From Eubacteriales bacterium (GTDB lineage: Bacteria; Bacillota; Clostridia; Lachnospirales; WRAX01): DNA of 64,000 nt. The stretch spans positions 5,418 to 69,417 of the forward strand of contig JAVBOO010000022.1 of assembly GCA_031550435.1 (NCBI GenBank). The letters are read 5' to 3'. Both the position numbers and the translations under genes were made by a program. Shown here one piece after another: positions 62,963 to 64,000 of the stretch (positions are counted from its first letter, which is position 1; every line of letters starts with the position of its first letter). A model generated the notes under the pieces. The model worked only from the letters and a program-made list of their open reading frames with translations, was not told the DNA's origin and searched no databases.

Positions 62963-64000
62963 CTACATTTCATAAAAAGCTTTAAAAGCAAGCTCGGTGT
63001 AAATGTTGTCTATAACGGCTCCGGTTTCTCTGACTGAATGCATACCGAATATAGGCGCACCCATATCGACAGTGTCGATCGACAGATTTGAAGACAATCC
63101 GGGCCCTATGGTTGAGCCGCCCGGCAAGTCCGAACGGTTTGTGAACACCTGATAGGGAACTTCGACTTTTTTGCAAGCTTCCATAAAAATCGAGGCAGTC
63201 TTTGCGGTCGTTGCGTAGCGCTGATTGCCGGAATACTTTATTACAGGCCCCTTGCCCAACAGAGGTCTGTTTACGGGATCGTGCTTATCCGCAAGGTTTG
63301 GATGCACAGCGTGAGCGAGGTCTGCGGATACAAAAACGGATTTGCTGAGCGAGATGTAAAACGCATCATAAACATCCGACAGGCTCATGGTTATTCTGTC
63401 TATAATTCCGCCCAAAAAATCAGAGTCGGCGCCGTTTTTTGTCCTGCTTCCGACCTCCTCGGCATCGAAAACGCAAAGCATTTTCGTTGCCTTGTTATCC
63501 CCTGAGGAAAGCAGAGCCTTTAGGCCTGCATGAACCATCCAAAGATCATCCAGCCTTCCGCAGGAAATAAATTCTTCCTCTTCACCGAAAAGAACGCCTT
63601 TGTCGTATTCATAGAGGAACAGCTCAAAATCGAGCACGTCTTCGGGCTTGACCTTTGCTTCGGAGCATATAAGGTTCATTAGTCTGTCCTCTTTGTTGAT
63701 TTCCTCTTTTATAAAGCCGAGGAAAGGAAGCATGTCAACCTGCTTGTTGTATTTATAGCCTTCGTTGATTTCTCTGTTAAAATGTATGGCAAGATTCGGT
63801 ATCACAAGAAGCGGCTTTTTCAGGTTAACGGTCTTTTCTATGGGCTGCAAAGGATTCTTGCCTCTGACGATTATTCTGCCGGCAACGGAAAGCGGTCTGT
63901 CAAACCAGGTGCTGAGTATTGGCCCGCCGTAGGTCTCAACGTTAAATTTTACGTAGCCGTTGGCTTCAATGGCAGGGTTAGGCTTGATTTTAAAGCCGGG
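62963..64000 (-). CDS. M18-family aminopeptidase (5' end beyond the window)
   Basis: The frame stays open to position 64000 (upstream residues ...PGFKIKPNPAIEANGYVKFNVETYGGPILSTWFDRPLSVAGRIIVRG...). DAEEVGS, DLAHAVHP and MHSVRE blocks. Confidence 0.85.
   Translation of the reverse strand, partial: PGFKIKPNPAIEANGYVKFNVETYGGPILSTWFDRPLSVAGRIIVRGKNPLQPIEKTVNLKKPLLVIPNLAIHFNREINEGYKYNKQVDMLPFLGFIKEEINKEDRLMNLICSEAKVKPEDVLDFELFLYEYDKGVLFGEEEEFISCGRLDDLWMVHAGLKALLSSGDNKATKMLCVFDAEEVGSRTKNGADSDFLGGIIDRITMSLSDVYDAFYISLSKSVFVSADLAHAVHPNLADKHDPVNRPLLGKGPVIKYSGNQRYATTAKTASIFMEACKKVEVPYQVFTNRSDLPGGSTIGPGLSSNLSIDTVDMGAPIFGMHSVRETGAVIDNIYTELAFKAFYEM

Overview
This is a 64-kb chromosomal segment from an anaerobic, endospore-forming Firmicute that looks like a member of the Clostridia. 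Supporting genes are sigK, spoIIM, CotF-type coat genes, rnfCDGEAB, a PFK with the PPi-type signature, an IspH-S1 fusion and the smpB-ssrA pair. I support about 57 protein genes and one tmRNA, and saw no rRNA, tRNA or CRISPR. Most of the window is housekeeping: murC, Rnf, GTP-PEPCK, lspA, lepB, glgA, tadA, mnmE, cmk, plsC, thiI, prmA and rsmE.

Two things stand out.

1. The left edge is the right-hand end of an integrated element carrying padR, a DUF2812 gene and a large serine recombinase. The recombinase gene runs directly into the 3' half of the mother-cell regulator gene spoIIID. The break falls inside the recognition helix and the 5' half is not in the window. This has the architecture of skin/sigK-type intervening elements, but in a target gene I do not recall being reported. 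An intact sigK lies 1.4 kb downstream.

2. Almost every larger intergenic gap carries modular, hairpin-rich mosaic repeats, which I label modules A to G. They include a 164-bp tandem array, MITE-like units ending in ATTAC...GTAAT, one apparent nested insertion with a TA duplication, and copies whose stems differ by compensatory changes.

Other accessory content:
- a TetR gene flanked by two heterodimeric ABC-exporter pairs
- an Lsa-like ABC-F protein
- an orphan MalT/LuxR-type regulator
- a sORF-PadR-HAAS/DUF4097 operon
- a 17-codon mini-gene with its own promoter and terminator

All family assignments come from motifs and alignments read by eye and from memory. No database search, folding or statistics were run.
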